DNA of 64,000 nucleotides from Candidatus Micrarchaeota archaeon (GCA_038046765.1 JBBSVN010000005.1:1-64000), one strand, 5' to 3'; counted from the stretch's first letter, positions 21,823 through 32,023 are shown. The notes: a model not told the origin generated them from the letters alone. Program-made: numbers and translations.

Positions 21823-22454
21823 TTCATCATTTCTTTTTGGTCTAACTTGGTCTGTCCATAAAGTCTGTCCTGAAAAACATATGGTATTTCTTTAATTTTA
21901 ATTTTAGGGTTTTTTGCAAGTATGTTCATTAGTATTTTGTATCCCTTAACCTTGATTTTAGTGTTTTGAAGTATGCTTTTTTTAATTGCGAAAAATCCGC
22001 TCATCGGGTCGCTTATGTTTGTTCCGATTAGCATATTTGCCATTAACGTAGCTCCAGCAGATACTATTTTCCTATGTATTGGCCAGGTTTCAACTTTACC
22101 ACCCTCGATATTTCTGCTGCCAATCACCAGATCCGATGTTTCTAAAGCTTTTACAAATTCAGGTAATTTTTCTGGTGGGTGTGAAAGATCTGCGTCCATT
22201 ACTATTATGTTTTCTGTTTCTGCTTTTTCTATCCCCGCTATTACTGCGCTAGCTAAACCTAGTTTACCCTCTCGCTTTACCAAAGTTAAATTATAATTTT
22301 TAGATAAATCTAACGCAACTTTTGCCGTACCATCTGGAGAGTTATCGTCAACAATTACAATCTGGTAGTTGTTCTTAAGCGCTGTATCTATTCGTTTTAC
22401 CAGTATCGGCAGGTTATCTTTTTCGTTGTAAGTTGGAATCACTATTGAAATCAT
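21786..22454 (-). CDS. Polyprenol-phosphate mannosyltransferase (DPM1-like GT2)
   Basis: PTYNE, VDDNSPDGT, KLGL, MDADLSHPP, DPMSGF. Confidence 0.92.
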   Translation of the reverse strand: MISIVIPTYNEKDNLPILVKRIDTALKNNYQIVIVDDNSPDGTAKVALDLSKNYNLTLVKREGKLGLASAVIAGIEKAETENIIVMDADLSHPPEKLPEFVKALETSDLVIGSRNIEGGKVETWPIHRKIVSAGATLMANMLIGTNISDPMSGFFAIKKSILQNTKIKVKGYKILMNILAKNPKIKIKEIPYVFQDRLYGQTKLDQKEMMNYVLDLIKLKLG

Positions 22455-22678
22455 TTAAATCGCACATCGAAATCGTTTACTTAAGATTTCTATTATAAAA
22501 ACATTTAATATACATTTGGTGATAGATTAAAATATATCCTTCTTCATTGTATTTCTCTATACCAAAACAACTAAATGACGCACATTAATTGATTAGAGTC
22601 TACATAGAGGTTGTTTTGGTATTTAGCGAACCAACTTAATATGCATGAATTAGTTGGTTCGGTATAGTATAACTTTGG

Positions 22679-24340
22679 TTGATTACTTTGCAAAATCCTA
22701 TAAAATACGCTTTGTTTGCATTATTCATTATATTCATATTCGCTAGTTCTTACTTTTTAGTTTATTATACAGCATTTACAAAAGACATCGGCCTTTTTTC
22801 TCAAGATGGTTTAATTGGCGTAATGCCCAGCATGCAAAACAACAATCCTTTAGATACTGGTATGGGTATGAATCCTAATCCACCTGGCAATTTAGCTTCA
22901 GTTTCAAGAACCCTAGCTGGAACTAATCCAGTTAAGGATTCAAAAGAAGTGAACTTAAGTGATGGGTCTACTTATGCGCTTAGCGCAGATTTAGTTTCTA
23001 AAACAATTAACGGACAACAAATTCGAATGTATTCATATAACGGCGAGTTTCCGGGACCCACACTTCGCGTTAAACAAGGGAGTACTATTAATGTAAATTT
23101 TAAAAATAATTTGGATGTAGCAACTACTGTACATTGGCATGGTATAAGACTTTCAAATAATTATGATGGTGTTCCAGATGTTACGCAAAGCATTGTTAAA
23201 CCTGGGGAAATTTTTACCTATACGCTTAACTTTCCTGATGCAGGCGTTTACTGGTATCACCCTCATGCTGAAGAAGATTTACAGCAAGAACTTGGTCTTT
23301 ATGGTGCGATTATCGTTGATTCGCCAAGCGCTAGCTATTATAATCCTGTAAATTTGGAACAAATTTTATTTTTAGATGATATTCTTATTAATAAAAACGA
23401 TGTCTATCCATTTTACAATAAAGTTACTAATTTTGCGATGATGGGTAGATTCGGGAATACGATTTTAGTTAACGGCCAGGAGCAGTTTACTCTTAACTTG
23501 AAAAAAGGGGATACGGTTAGATTTTTCGCAATTGATTCAGCGAATACGCGTACATTAAATGTTTCAATCGGAAATCTTAGCCTTAAGATGATAGGGAGCG
23601 ACGGAGGCAAATACGAGCAGGAATTCTTTTCAAATTCATTTATAATTTCTCCATCTGAAAGGGCTACATTTGAAGCGAAGTTCGATAACGCGGGTAGTTA
23701 CGATATTGTTAGTACTACTCCGCTTGGAACTACGATTTTAGGTAAAATTCTAGTGCATGGTGTTTCAACAGATAACGATATTTCTGGTTTTAGTTCACTA
23801 CGAGCGAATAACGATGTCATTTCAAGCATTAATCCATACAGGCAATACTTCGATAAACCGAATGACTTTAATTACACTTTAACTTCTAAGGCAATTGGTG
23901 CGATGCAAGGAAATTCTGGGATGCAGATGGGTGGTAATCCATACGATATCGAGTGGCAGGATCCTGATTTTAGCCAAAATAGTATGTCTACTAATATGGG
24001 TATTTCCTGGGTAATAAAAGATAAAAATACTGCTAAAGAAAACCTGGACATCAATCAAGCCGTTGCAAAAAATAAAACAATAAAAATCAAAATCGAAAAC
24101 CCTATTGGCGGGGTCGATTCAATGCAACATCCAATACACATCCATGGTGCTAATTTCTTAGTATTAACTAGAAATGGCGTTAAGAATACTAATCTAGTTT
24201 GGAAGGATACTGTCTTAGTTAAAAAAGGAGAAACTGTTGAAATTCTAACTTATTTCCCTAATTCTGGACAATGGATGATGCACTGCCATATTTCAGAACA
24301 TCTAAGCTCTGGAATGATGAGTATGTTTAATGTTCGTTAA
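22679..24340 (+). CDS. Membrane-anchored multicopper oxidase (laccase/CueO-like)
   Basis: Copper motifs HWHG, WYHPH, HPIHIHG, HCHISEH...M. Confidence 0.95.
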   Translation: MITLQNPIKYALFALFIIFIFASSYFLVYYTAFTKDIGLFSQDGLIGVMPSMQNNNPLDTGMGMNPNPPGNLASVSRTLAGTNPVKDSKEVNLSDGSTYALSADLVSKTINGQQIRMYSYNGEFPGPTLRVKQGSTINVNFKNNLDVATTVHWHGIRLSNNYDGVPDVTQSIVKPGEIFTYTLNFPDAGVYWYHPHAEEDLQQELGLYGAIIVDSPSASYYNPVNLEQILFLDDILINKNDVYPFYNKVTNFAMMGRFGNTILVNGQEQFTLNLKKGDTVRFFAIDSANTRTLNVSIGNLSLKMIGSDGGKYEQEFFSNSFIISPSERATFEAKFDNAGSYDIVSTTPLGTTILGKILVHGVSTDNDISGFSSLRANNDVISSINPYRQYFDKPNDFNYTLTSKAIGAMQGNSGMQMGGNPYDIEWQDPDFSQNSMSTNMGISWVIKDKNTAKENLDINQAVAKNKTIKIKIENPIGGVDSMQHPIHIHGANFLVLTRNGVKNTNLVWKDTVLVKKGETVEILTYFPNSGQWMMHCHISEHLSSGMMSMFNVR

Positions 24341-24511
24341 CTATAGCTTTCCGCATTTGCAGTTTGCTTCTGCTTCGTTGCATCTAGCACACATAAACAT
24401 TGAGTGCTCTGTTCCGCAGCTATGGCTTGGCATATGCCTTTTAGATACTGCATTACAAATGTCGCACTTGTATCCTTTGGTAATTCCGCCACATTTAATA
24501 CAATCGACCAT
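24341..24511 (-). CDS. 56-aa Cys/His-rich metal-binding protein (not in the ORF track)
   Basis: MVDCIKCGGITKGYKCDICNAVSKRHMPSHSCGTEHSMFMCARCNEAEANCKCGKL*, preceded by SD AGGTGA. Confidence 0.7.
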   Translation of the reverse strand: MVDCIKCGGITKGYKCDICNAVSKRHMPSHSCGTEHSMFMCARCNEAEANCKCGKL

Positions 24512-24804
24512 TCGATCACCTTTTTGCGTTTTACGTTCGTGCAGAATAAAACGACAAGGATTATAATTGTTGTTGTAAAAAAGTTTTTTGGTATTTGGGA
24601 ACAGTTGTGAGTTTTCTTAGGTTACTAAGACCCCCTATTAGTAAAATTTGGATTAAGAAAGTCTGGCCCAAAAGTAGTAGTAATATTAGGATAGTTTTCA
24701 TTCGTCAATTTACAACTGCTTGCAGTTGGAGAGACAGAGAAGGCTCTGCTCTTCTCTGGAAACTCGAAACTCAAAACAGGAAACGGGCAACGAGAAAGAG
24801 AAAA

Positions 24805-24933
24805 TGGGCCCACGCGGAATCGGACCGCGAGTCTTCTGCATTTTGAAAAACGTTTTATGTTTTCCGTCAAGCAGACGTCTTACCAATATCGAAACTTTTT
24901 AATAAATTAAAAAATGTATTCGACTATAGGCCC
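24805..24933 (-). tRNA. tRNA-Val(GAC) with two introns (D-arm about 24887-24921; canonical 37/38 about 24841-24864)
   Basis: Acceptor GGGCCTA/TGGGCCC, anticodon stem TCTGC/GCAGA with GAC at 24866-24868, T-stem CGCGG/CCGCG. Confidence 0.88.
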
Positions 24934-25106
24934 ATTGTATATACTTATATAATTCTCGCCAACTTAGAAAAAAGTGGCATCTCTATTTATTGACTTGTAG
25001 GACAACGCACATATATACTTCAAATGGCGTTGTCAGCAAGTGACGACTTAATTGCTTAAATTTTCGTTCAAGCAAAAGTAGTAAAAATATTATATAAAAA
25101 AGAGTT

Positions 25107-26306
25107 TTAAAAGACTCCGACTTTGCCAAAAACAATCTTATTTTGCAATTCAACGATATTTTCAAGGTTTTTATCGATAATATATTGAACTTGGCTTTTT
25201 ATTTTCTCGTGGTTTCCATTCCTCATTAATATCGATGCACCCGCCATTTTTGGCTGGTCGATTGGTTTTCCAATCTGTGAAAGTAAAGTAATCGAAACAT
25301 CTTCAATATCTGGAATTTCCTGTGCTATCTGATTTGCAATATCAAATGATAATACGTTGTAAATTTTACCAACGTGGCTAACTGGATTTTTACCAGCTGC
25401 TGCCTCAATCGACATTCCTCTAAATGGTGTAATTAATCCATTTACTCTGTTTCCTCTGCCTACGCTTCCATCATCGCCCATTTCCGCGCTTGTTCCGGTT
25501 AGGGTGATATAAACAGAACCATTTTTCTCATCATCAGCGGTGTTTACAAATATTTCAATATCTAATGGTGTGGTTCTTTTCGCGACTTCAACTGCATCTT
25601 TTGCAACGCGCTCTTTAAATTTCATGTATTCATCAACAGAATGGACAAATTTAGAAATAAATGCAACTGCAATTGTAACCTTAAGTTTGTTACCATCTCT
25701 TAAGCCCATAACCTTAATATCTTCACCAATTTCTGGGTGCATCGTTTTATAATTTGTAGAATTAAGATGTAATTCTGTTTGCAACACTACTTTTTCTAAA
25801 TCGCTCATTGGCGCATATCCAGTTCCAAAACTAGTGTCGTTTGCTAATGGTATTTTTTGTTCACGCGAAAATAAATCTACTAAGTCAGCTGAACCTGTTG
25901 CTATCCTAGATTCTACTTCCACATCGTTTTCAATGTCTAAATTTCGAACTGCTTTTTTCAAGTATTCCTTTGCTGTTTTAATTGCGATTGTCTGGACAGG
26001 TATCTCCCTATTTTGGTATCTTTCAATTGCTCTTCCACTTAGTAGAATATATATTGGCTTAAGGAATCTGCCTCCTCCGAAAAATACATCTGTCGATCCG
26101 CCAACTATTTGTCCCTTATCAACGTTATGGTGTAAAATTTTTCCAAATTCGTTTATGTAAGCTTTACTTAATTCACGGCTGATTTCTTCCATCATTCCGT
26201 CAATTATTGAATCAGGGTGACCTAATCCTTTTCTTTCAACTAATTCTACTTCTCTTTTTGATGCTGGAATATATTTTGCTTCTTCAACTACTATATTTCT
26301 TGTCAT
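25107..26306 (-). CDS. mat: Archaeal S-adenosylmethionine synthetase
   Basis: [43 protein letters not shown]; start moved to MTRN at 26306 (SD AGGTG). Confidence 0.96.
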   Translation of the reverse strand: MTRNIVVEEAKYIPASKREVELVERKGLGHPDSIIDGMMEEISRELSKAYINEFGKILHHNVDKGQIVGGSTDVFFGGGRFLKPIYILLSGRAIERYQNREIPVQTIAIKTAKEYLKKAVRNLDIENDVEVESRIATGSADLVDLFSREQKIPLANDTSFGTGYAPMSDLEKVVLQTELHLNSTNYKTMHPEIGEDIKVMGLRDGNKLKVTIAVAFISKFVHSVDEYMKFKERVAKDAVEVAKRTTPLDIEIFVNTADDEKNGSVYITLTGTSAEMGDDGSVGRGNRVNGLITPFRGMSIEAAAGKNPVSHVGKIYNVLSFDIANQIAQEIPDIEDVSITLLSQIGKPIDQPKMAGASILMRNGNHEKIKSQVQYIIDKNLENIVELQNKIVFGKVGVF

Positions 26307-26433
26307 AAGTACACCTTTAAGTAAACTGATTATTCTTGAAAAATAAGCTATAATTGGTATTTGTACTTTATTCTTTTTAAGGTTAAGTAAATTCATAAAT
26401 TATTCTTATTGGAATAAAATAAAATAATAAAAA

Positions 26434-26736
26434 CTAGTTCATTCCTTTTACAAATATTACCCAAAGAGCGCCAACTTCGATGTCTGGTGTGGTGTTACAA
26501 TTTTCAAAGCATAGCCTTGCCTTTACAACACTGGATAATTCATGTCCGCTCATACTAAGTATTTTTCCTTTTTCAACTTTAGCAAGAATTGTTCCGAATT
26601 TATTCTTTATTTCACTAGATGTAAATCTTAGTATTTCCCCTCCTTTTTCATCGCAGATAATTCCGCGTTCGATACGGCCGACAATTTCTCCATTTTTTTC
26701 TAATATGTTACCATTTAAACTAAATTCAGAAGTCAT
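26434..26736 (-). CDS. Small beta-rich hypothetical protein
   Basis: Repeating G.I....G..(I/L) units; SD AGGTG upstream. Confidence 0.55.
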   Translation of the reverse strand: MTSEFSLNGNILEKNGEIVGRIERGIICDEKGGEILRFTSSEIKNKFGTILAKVEKGKILSMSGHELSSVVKARLCFENCNTTPDIEVGALWVIFVKGMN

Positions 26737-26764
26737 CAAAAAGCACCTTTTTTATTTTATAAAA

Positions 26765-27424
26765 TTAAACGCCATATTTCTTTCTATACTCTAAATATTG
26801 ATCGTATAATTCGTCATTAACATAAATCTTTTCTCCTATTTTTCTATTTTTTAAGTATTCAAAAATTTCTTTTATGTTTGCTATTGCATGAACCGGTATA
26901 CCCGTATCCTCTACAAATTCTTCTAAAGCACTAAATTTTTTCCCCTGCTCTATTCTGTCAACTGAAATCACTATACTAATTACCTTGCTTCCAAGTTTTT
27001 CTATTTTTTCAATTGCTTCTAACTTAGTTTCTCCAGTTGTCATAACATCGTCTAATAAAATAACTTTAGATCCTAAATCAAGTTTTGCACCAACAAAGGA
27101 ACCTGCGTCCCCATGTCTTTTCATTTCCTTTCGATCAAATATCCATTCCCGATTTATTCCAAATTCTTTTTGTAATGCAATTGTTGTCGATACTGCTAGC
27201 GATATTCCCTTATAAGCTGGTCCAAAGACTGCGTGAAAATCCTCACCATGTTTTTCTTTTATTTTTGTTGCAAAATATTTTCCTAGTTCATAAGTTGTGT
27301 ATCCGTTGCAAATCCCTCCGATATTTATAAAATAAGGCGAGTGTCTTCCACTTTTTAGTAAAAAGTCGCCGAAAGTAACTGCTCCGCTTTTAGCTAGAAA
27401 TTCAATAAATTGTTCATTAGCCAT
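26765..27424 (-). CDS. pyrE: Orotate phosphoribosyltransferase
   Basis: FGDFLLKSGR.SPYF, FGPAYKGI, DRKE.K.HG, LLDDVMTTG. Confidence 0.96.
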   Translation of the reverse strand: MANEQFIEFLAKSGAVTFGDFLLKSGRHSPYFINIGGICNGYTTYELGKYFATKIKEKHGEDFHAVFGPAYKGISLAVSTTIALQKEFGINREWIFDRKEMKRHGDAGSFVGAKLDLGSKVILLDDVMTTGETKLEAIEKIEKLGSKVISIVISVDRIEQGKKFSALEEFVEDTGIPVHAIANIKEIFEYLKNRKIGEKIYVNDELYDQYLEYRKKYGV

Positions 27425-27537
27425 GTTAATCGATTATATCTACAGTGATAAGATTGAAAAAGATTATGTTGTTATAATATTCTAGAGTTAAGCAAATAAA
27501 TTAAGAAAAAACTTGTTGAAAACCAGGTATACTTATT

Positions 27538-27789
27538 ATGACTAATCGAATTGAAAGAGCTAGATTGGTTAAACCAGACCTTGCACGTTATTCGCCAGGT
27601 TCATTATTGTTTTACCAGGAACCTCTTAAGCGTCCTACTGCTCAAACTCGGCAATCTTATTTTCCAACAAAATCCGCTCTTATTTACGTAGTAGCTGCTG
27701 TTTTAGCTTATACTGCATTTAATTCCTTTAAAGATAAAAATGAAATATTGGAACCTGCTAAGCTTGCGCAGATAAATGAAAGAAAATAG
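27538..27789 (+). CDS. Small hypothetical single-TM protein
   Basis: 83-aa ORF with one hydrophobic segment. Confidence 0.45.
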   Translation: MTNRIERARLVKPDLARYSPGSLLFYQEPLKRPTAQTRQSYFPTKSALIYVVAAVLAYTAFNSFKDKNEILEPAKLAQINERK

Positions 27790-27901
27790 AGGTGGATTTC
27801 ATCATCCAAAAAGGGTTTTCATTAAGAAAAGGGTCAGACCTATACCAAAATAATCCACTAAATACAACGCTTTTTAAATACTTTCTTGCTAATAACCTAT
27901 T

Positions 27902-29011
27902 ATGGACTTAAAACAGCCTAGAATTAGACGTAGAATCGTATTTGACCGTGAAGAAAATTTCGTTTGCTTAGGTCAAGGAGCTGTTTTATTACCTCAAGAT
28001 CGTCTTCAAAGTTCTGTAGTAGATGGCACACCATCAAGATTTGCTATATCTGCTAGAACTCAAATCGGTAATCGCAAAAAAATTTGTCAGGATAGCGGCT
28101 TAATAATACCAGGGATGGATCATGCTCTTCTTGCTGTTGCTGATGGGAATAATGCTAGTGGTCATGCTATCTCGGGGCTCTTGTTAACATCCCTCTTTGA
28201 ATTTTACGAAAAAGAAAGAGCCCGTTTAAAAGATCCGCCCACATTTCTAGCCGATGCAGTTAAATCTGCAATTAAAGCTGTAGAAAACAGTAAATTTGGC
28301 TATGTTGAGGGTACTACTCTAACAACCGTCTTGCTGTATGAGGACATAAAATACGCGCTAGTTCGAATTGGAGATAGCGACGCTTTTAAAGTAACAGATT
28401 CTGGTTGTGTTTCAAAACTTATAAAAACTCCTGACACCGTTGCAACTCTAAATCATCATAAGGGAGATGATTTTAAAAGTGTCTTGGGTTTTGATGTAGT
28501 GTCTTATATAAAAAATCGAGCACTTCTTGAAGAAAATATTCCAGTATTCATTAAAGATATTGTTGTTCACGAAGGGACTATTTCTGCTAGTGACATAATT
28601 ATGCTCGCAAGTGATGGTCTTAGAAGTAGTTTGAGGGTCGTTGTCGATAACGAAGGAAAAGTTTTAGATGGGGTAGGCATGGAAGATTTTAACGACCTTG
28701 TTTACAAAACTTTACGTAATCATCCTGCGGGATTATCTTTAGATGGATTAACATTGTGTTTAATCGATGACATTCAAAAGAGAAATGAACGTATAATAGG
28801 GGTTATTGCAAGAATAATTAATACCGATCCAGAAATGCTTTTAGATCATTACATATCTATATCTTCAAACTATGCTGATAATCTTCATGCTTTTGAAAAA
28901 CAAAATATCATCGGTCGTTTAAAGATAAAAGATATTCTTTGCCCAAATGGTGATGATCTTACAATTATCGCTGCTGGAATTAAAGAGCCTGATCAAGAAG
29001 ACGATTTTTAA
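27902..29011 (+). CDS. PP2C/PPM-family Ser/Thr protein phosphatase-like protein
   Basis: R..CQD, AVADG, GTT, IGDS, LASDG, DDLT motifs. Confidence 0.85.
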   Translation: MDLKQPRIRRRIVFDREENFVCLGQGAVLLPQDRLQSSVVDGTPSRFAISARTQIGNRKKICQDSGLIIPGMDHALLAVADGNNASGHAISGLLLTSLFEFYEKERARLKDPPTFLADAVKSAIKAVENSKFGYVEGTTLTTVLLYEDIKYALVRIGDSDAFKVTDSGCVSKLIKTPDTVATLNHHKGDDFKSVLGFDVVSYIKNRALLEENIPVFIKDIVVHEGTISASDIIMLASDGLRSSLRVVVDNEGKVLDGVGMEDFNDLVYKTLRNHPAGLSLDGLTLCLIDDIQKRNERIIGVIARIINTDPEMLLDHYISISSNYADNLHAFEKQNIIGRLKIKDILCPNGDDLTIIAAGIKEPDQEDDF

Positions 29012-29057
29012 TTATTTATTTCTTAGTTTGTTCTTTGCTTCAATCTAATTTTTTATA

Positions 29058-29261
29058 TGTTTGCCATATGTTTGCCAAAATAAAAGAACTTGAGGCTTTG
29101 ACTTATTAGATTTAACTTTAAAAAACTAGTAGCTTTTACTTCGTAGAAGTGATAAGAAAAACGCTTCCATCAAAACCCGCTGTCCGGCATCATGTTCTTC
29201 AAAAAAAGACTCTTGTTTGCCACATGTTTGCCAAAATATTAATGGCAAGTGAATGGCAAAC
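29058..29261. repeat. TGTTTGCCA repeat cluster flanking a tRNA-3'-end-like core (att-like site)
   Basis: Direct pairs at 29058/29069 and 29214/29225, inverted copies at 29243/29254; TCAAAACCCGCTGTCCGGCA at 29170-29189. Confidence 0.55.
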
Positions 29262-29351
29262 GAATTGAATGTGTTCTTTTGGTAAGTTAGCTTTTATGTG
29301 GTCTAAACTAGAAAAGCATATATTTAAAAGGACTTTGGAAGTAACTATATT

Positions 29352-30710
29352 ATGTCACATTTAATAACACTTAATAGAGATCAAAGCGGAAAAATAAGGC
29401 CAAGGTATTCTTCCAAAACAGAAATTACTTCCGAACGTGATTTTGGTCGTTTGAATTTAGACCCCTTCTCATGCTGGGATCCGCGTAAAAAAGTTTCCGT
29501 AGTTCCATTATATTTAGATTCTGTTCCTATTAGGGCAAAAGATAAAACTCCCGATTTCGAACTACTCCCCTCTCATTTGAGATCTATTCTAAGTGAAGGC
29601 ATACTCAGAACTTCGGGTTCAAGACGAACAGATTATTCTGTTTTGATGGTGCATAATACGGATCATGATTGTCCAGAAGGTCGAACAGGCGCAATTTTAT
29701 ATAAAGGAGAGCCAACCATAGTTTCAATAGAAAGCAAGGAGTTTGTTGTTGAAGCTAAGGGAGTTGGATCCTATGATGGAAATAATCGAAGGACTAAATC
29801 CATGGTAAGAAGTTGTGGTTCTGAACAATCTGTAGATTTATGCGGTTCAATGCCTCAAGAAGAAGGAAAAACAGAATTTGAAAATCTTGAAATTTTAAGG
29901 CTAGCAAGAATGGGACTTTTTGCTCAAGGAGATATGCCAAGAGCAGTTCAATTGATTACTTATGCTACAGATGTAGAATATGGTTATCACTCAGATCGAA
30001 CTAATCAATCATACTTAGTTAGGTTAAGTCCAGGTACTCAAAGAGCATCCTTTAGGCAGAACGAAGCATTCGAACTAGATGATCCTATAAAAATTGCAGA
30101 ATCCGTAGCAAGAAATTTAGCTCAATTGTTAATGCTACCATCAGTTTTAACACCAGCAATTCATCCTGAAAATTTAGTTCGTCTTAGTGGTGGCAATTAT
30201 GGGATAACCGATCTGGCGGATGCCACTTCATTATATAATTTCGACGATCCTAAGGGATATTATGTTAAACAAGCCGTTCTAACCCGATTTTTTGAAACTC
30301 CTGGCCTCAATCCAGAAGCTAAACTAACTTTTGCAAAAGTACTTGTTGAATCATTAGGTCTTAGATTTGACCCTCAAGAAGATTTGAATTTGAGTTTATA
30401 TAGAAGATATTTCGCTCCAAGATACTATGCTGTAAAAAAAACGTTGTTAGATATTGACGAAGAGATCGATTCTATTTCAGGTATGATAAAGAGAGATCAA
30501 GAATCAAGTTCTCATGCCTTTATCCTTAGACTAGTTAAGGGTTCACTAGAAAAAGAAATCGATTTTCTATCTGATATGAATGATGACGATGCTAGAAAAA
30601 GGGTATTAAAATTAAAAGAAAATTTAGTTAAAATAGATGCGATTCTTCAAAATCCCTCTGCTCTAGCCGAATTTAAAGATGGAGAATTCTGCAGACAATT
30701 CTATCAATAA
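29352..30710 (+). CDS. Hypothetical protein with kinase-like/SelO-like motifs
   Basis: GRTG...VEAKGVG...E..EFE...YLVR...IHPENL...ITDL order resembles SelO/atypical kinases. Confidence 0.4.
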   Translation: MSHLITLNRDQSGKIRPRYSSKTEITSERDFGRLNLDPFSCWDPRKKVSVVPLYLDSVPIRAKDKTPDFELLPSHLRSILSEGILRTSGSRRTDYSVLMVHNTDHDCPEGRTGAILYKGEPTIVSIESKEFVVEAKGVGSYDGNNRRTKSMVRSCGSEQSVDLCGSMPQEEGKTEFENLEILRLARMGLFAQGDMPRAVQLITYATDVEYGYHSDRTNQSYLVRLSPGTQRASFRQNEAFELDDPIKIAESVARNLAQLLMLPSVLTPAIHPENLVRLSGGNYGITDLADATSLYNFDDPKGYYVKQAVLTRFFETPGLNPEAKLTFAKVLVESLGLRFDPQEDLNLSLYRRYFAPRYYAVKKTLLDIDEEIDSISGMIKRDQESSSHAFILRLVKGSLEKEIDFLSDMNDDDARKRVLKLKENLVKIDAILQNPSALAEFKDGEFCRQFYQ

Positions 30711-30722
30711 AAAGGTGAAATT

Positions 30723-31037
30723 ATGAATCTTGGTTTTGTTTATCGATCAGTAGAGAGTCCCCTTCGAGGCACAATTGATGGTGGGCAAACCATAATTAAA
30801 TCCACTGTAGTTGGTAGAAAACACCCCTTTGGAACAAAGTATTCTGTTACTTTAGAAGTTCCTTTTGGAGCTGAAGGCGGGGTTCAAATCCAAGTATTAA
30901 AAAGTAAAAGTGCACAAGAGATTCTGAGTGCTCTAAAAGATTTGGAAGCTCAAGCTCAATCTGACGCTATAAAAACGTTATCTATTTTTGCACAAGATCA
31001 ACTGAAGGAAGTTAGAGTTGGAATAAATGATTGCTAA
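30723..31037 (+). CDS. Hypothetical protein
   Basis: 104-aa ORF with SD AGGTGA, follows the 29352 gene. Confidence 0.6.
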   Translation: MNLGFVYRSVESPLRGTIDGGQTIIKSTVVGRKHPFGTKYSVTLEVPFGAEGGVQIQVLKSKSAQEILSALKDLEAQAQSDAIKTLSIFAQDQLKEVRVGINDC

Positions 31038-31048
31038 AAAGATCTAAT

Positions 31049-32023
31049 CTATTTCCTTCCTTTCGCGCCCTCTCGTACCGCATTAACCATCTGTTTTATC
31101 TTATCAACGCTGCTTCCTTTTTCAAATGCTGTTCCAACTTGTATTGCATCAGCTCCTGCTGCGATTACGTTTCGTGCTTGTTCAGGCGTTTTTATTCCGC
31201 CAGCAACAACATACGGAACGCTAATAAATTTCGAAACTGCAGCTACCATTTCTAATGGGATGTGTCCATCTTTTGGGTTACTTCCAGCATCAGTTATAAT
31301 CATTCTAAATCCCATATACTCTGCTCCCATTGCTAAAGCCGCAGCGAGCATTGGTTTATCTCTTGGGATTTTATTCGCGTCTCCAACATGTCCAACTGTT
31401 CCGCCCGGTTCTACTACGATATAACCTGTTGATAATGGTTCGACTCCATATTGCTTTACCATTGGAGCTGCTAACATTTGTGCGCCAGTTATCCAGTACG
31501 GATTTCTAGAATTAAGTAATGACATAAAGTAAACTGCATCTGCGTATTTTGTTACTGTTCCGATATTTCCTGGAAATAAAATTACTGGCACACTAACTTG
31601 CGATTTAATCTCTTTTGTAACTACATCGAGCATTTCGCCTTGAACGCCTGTACTTCCTCCAATTAATATCGCGTCCGTTCCCGCATCGCTTGCGTTTTTA
31701 GCGTTCGCTACTGCTTCTTTTAAGCTCGGGTAATCCATCGGATCAATTACAGTAAATAATAACCCTCCTTTTTGTTCGATCGATTCGAGAATGTATTTTT
31801 CGATTTTTCCCTGATTTATTCCGATTGGTTTAGTTGCGAGTTTTTTTGTAGAAACAGAAGACGATGCAACGTCTTGCTTTTTCTCGCTACCTGTTTGATC
31901 TAACCCATCTTTAAGCATATCATTAATTAGTTGCGACATGTTTCGCATTGTTCCGTATTTCTCGATGCTTTTATTAGCGAGAAGTTTATAACTTTCGTCT
32001 TCTAGATTGATAGTAGTTCGCAT
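31049..32023 (-). CDS. Geranylgeranylglyceryl-phosphate synthase with N-terminal ribbon-helix-helix domain
   Basis: IDP, IGGSTG, LFPG, FMSLLNSRNPYWI.GAQ, GGGI; N-terminus MRTTINLEDESYKLL is RHH-like. Confidence 0.9.
   Translation of the reverse strand: MRTTINLEDESYKLLANKSIEKYGTMRNMSQLINDMLKDGLDQTGSEKKQDVASSSVSTKKLATKPIGINQGKIEKYILESIEQKGGLLFTVIDPMDYPSLKEAVANAKNASDAGTDAILIGGSTGVQGEMLDVVTKEIKSQVSVPVILFPGNIGTVTKYADAVYFMSLLNSRNPYWITGAQMLAAPMVKQYGVEPLSTGYIVVEPGGTVGHVGDANKIPRDKPMLAAALAMGAEYMGFRMIITDAGSNPKDGHIPLEMVAAVSKFISVPYVVAGGIKTPEQARNVIAAGADAIQVGTAFEKGSSVDKIKQMVNAVREGAKGRK

Noticed and set aside
24337..24902. ORFs 24337-24519, 24330-24566, 24404-24610, 24595-24846, 24625-24870 and 24720-24902
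   Set aside because: Alternative frames over the Cys-rich gene or tRNA-Val, with no protein-like features.
24993..25041. Hairpin GACAACGC/GCGTTGTC downstream of mat
   Set aside because: Could be a 3'-UTR or terminator structure; no SAM-riboswitch features and on the wrong side of the gene.
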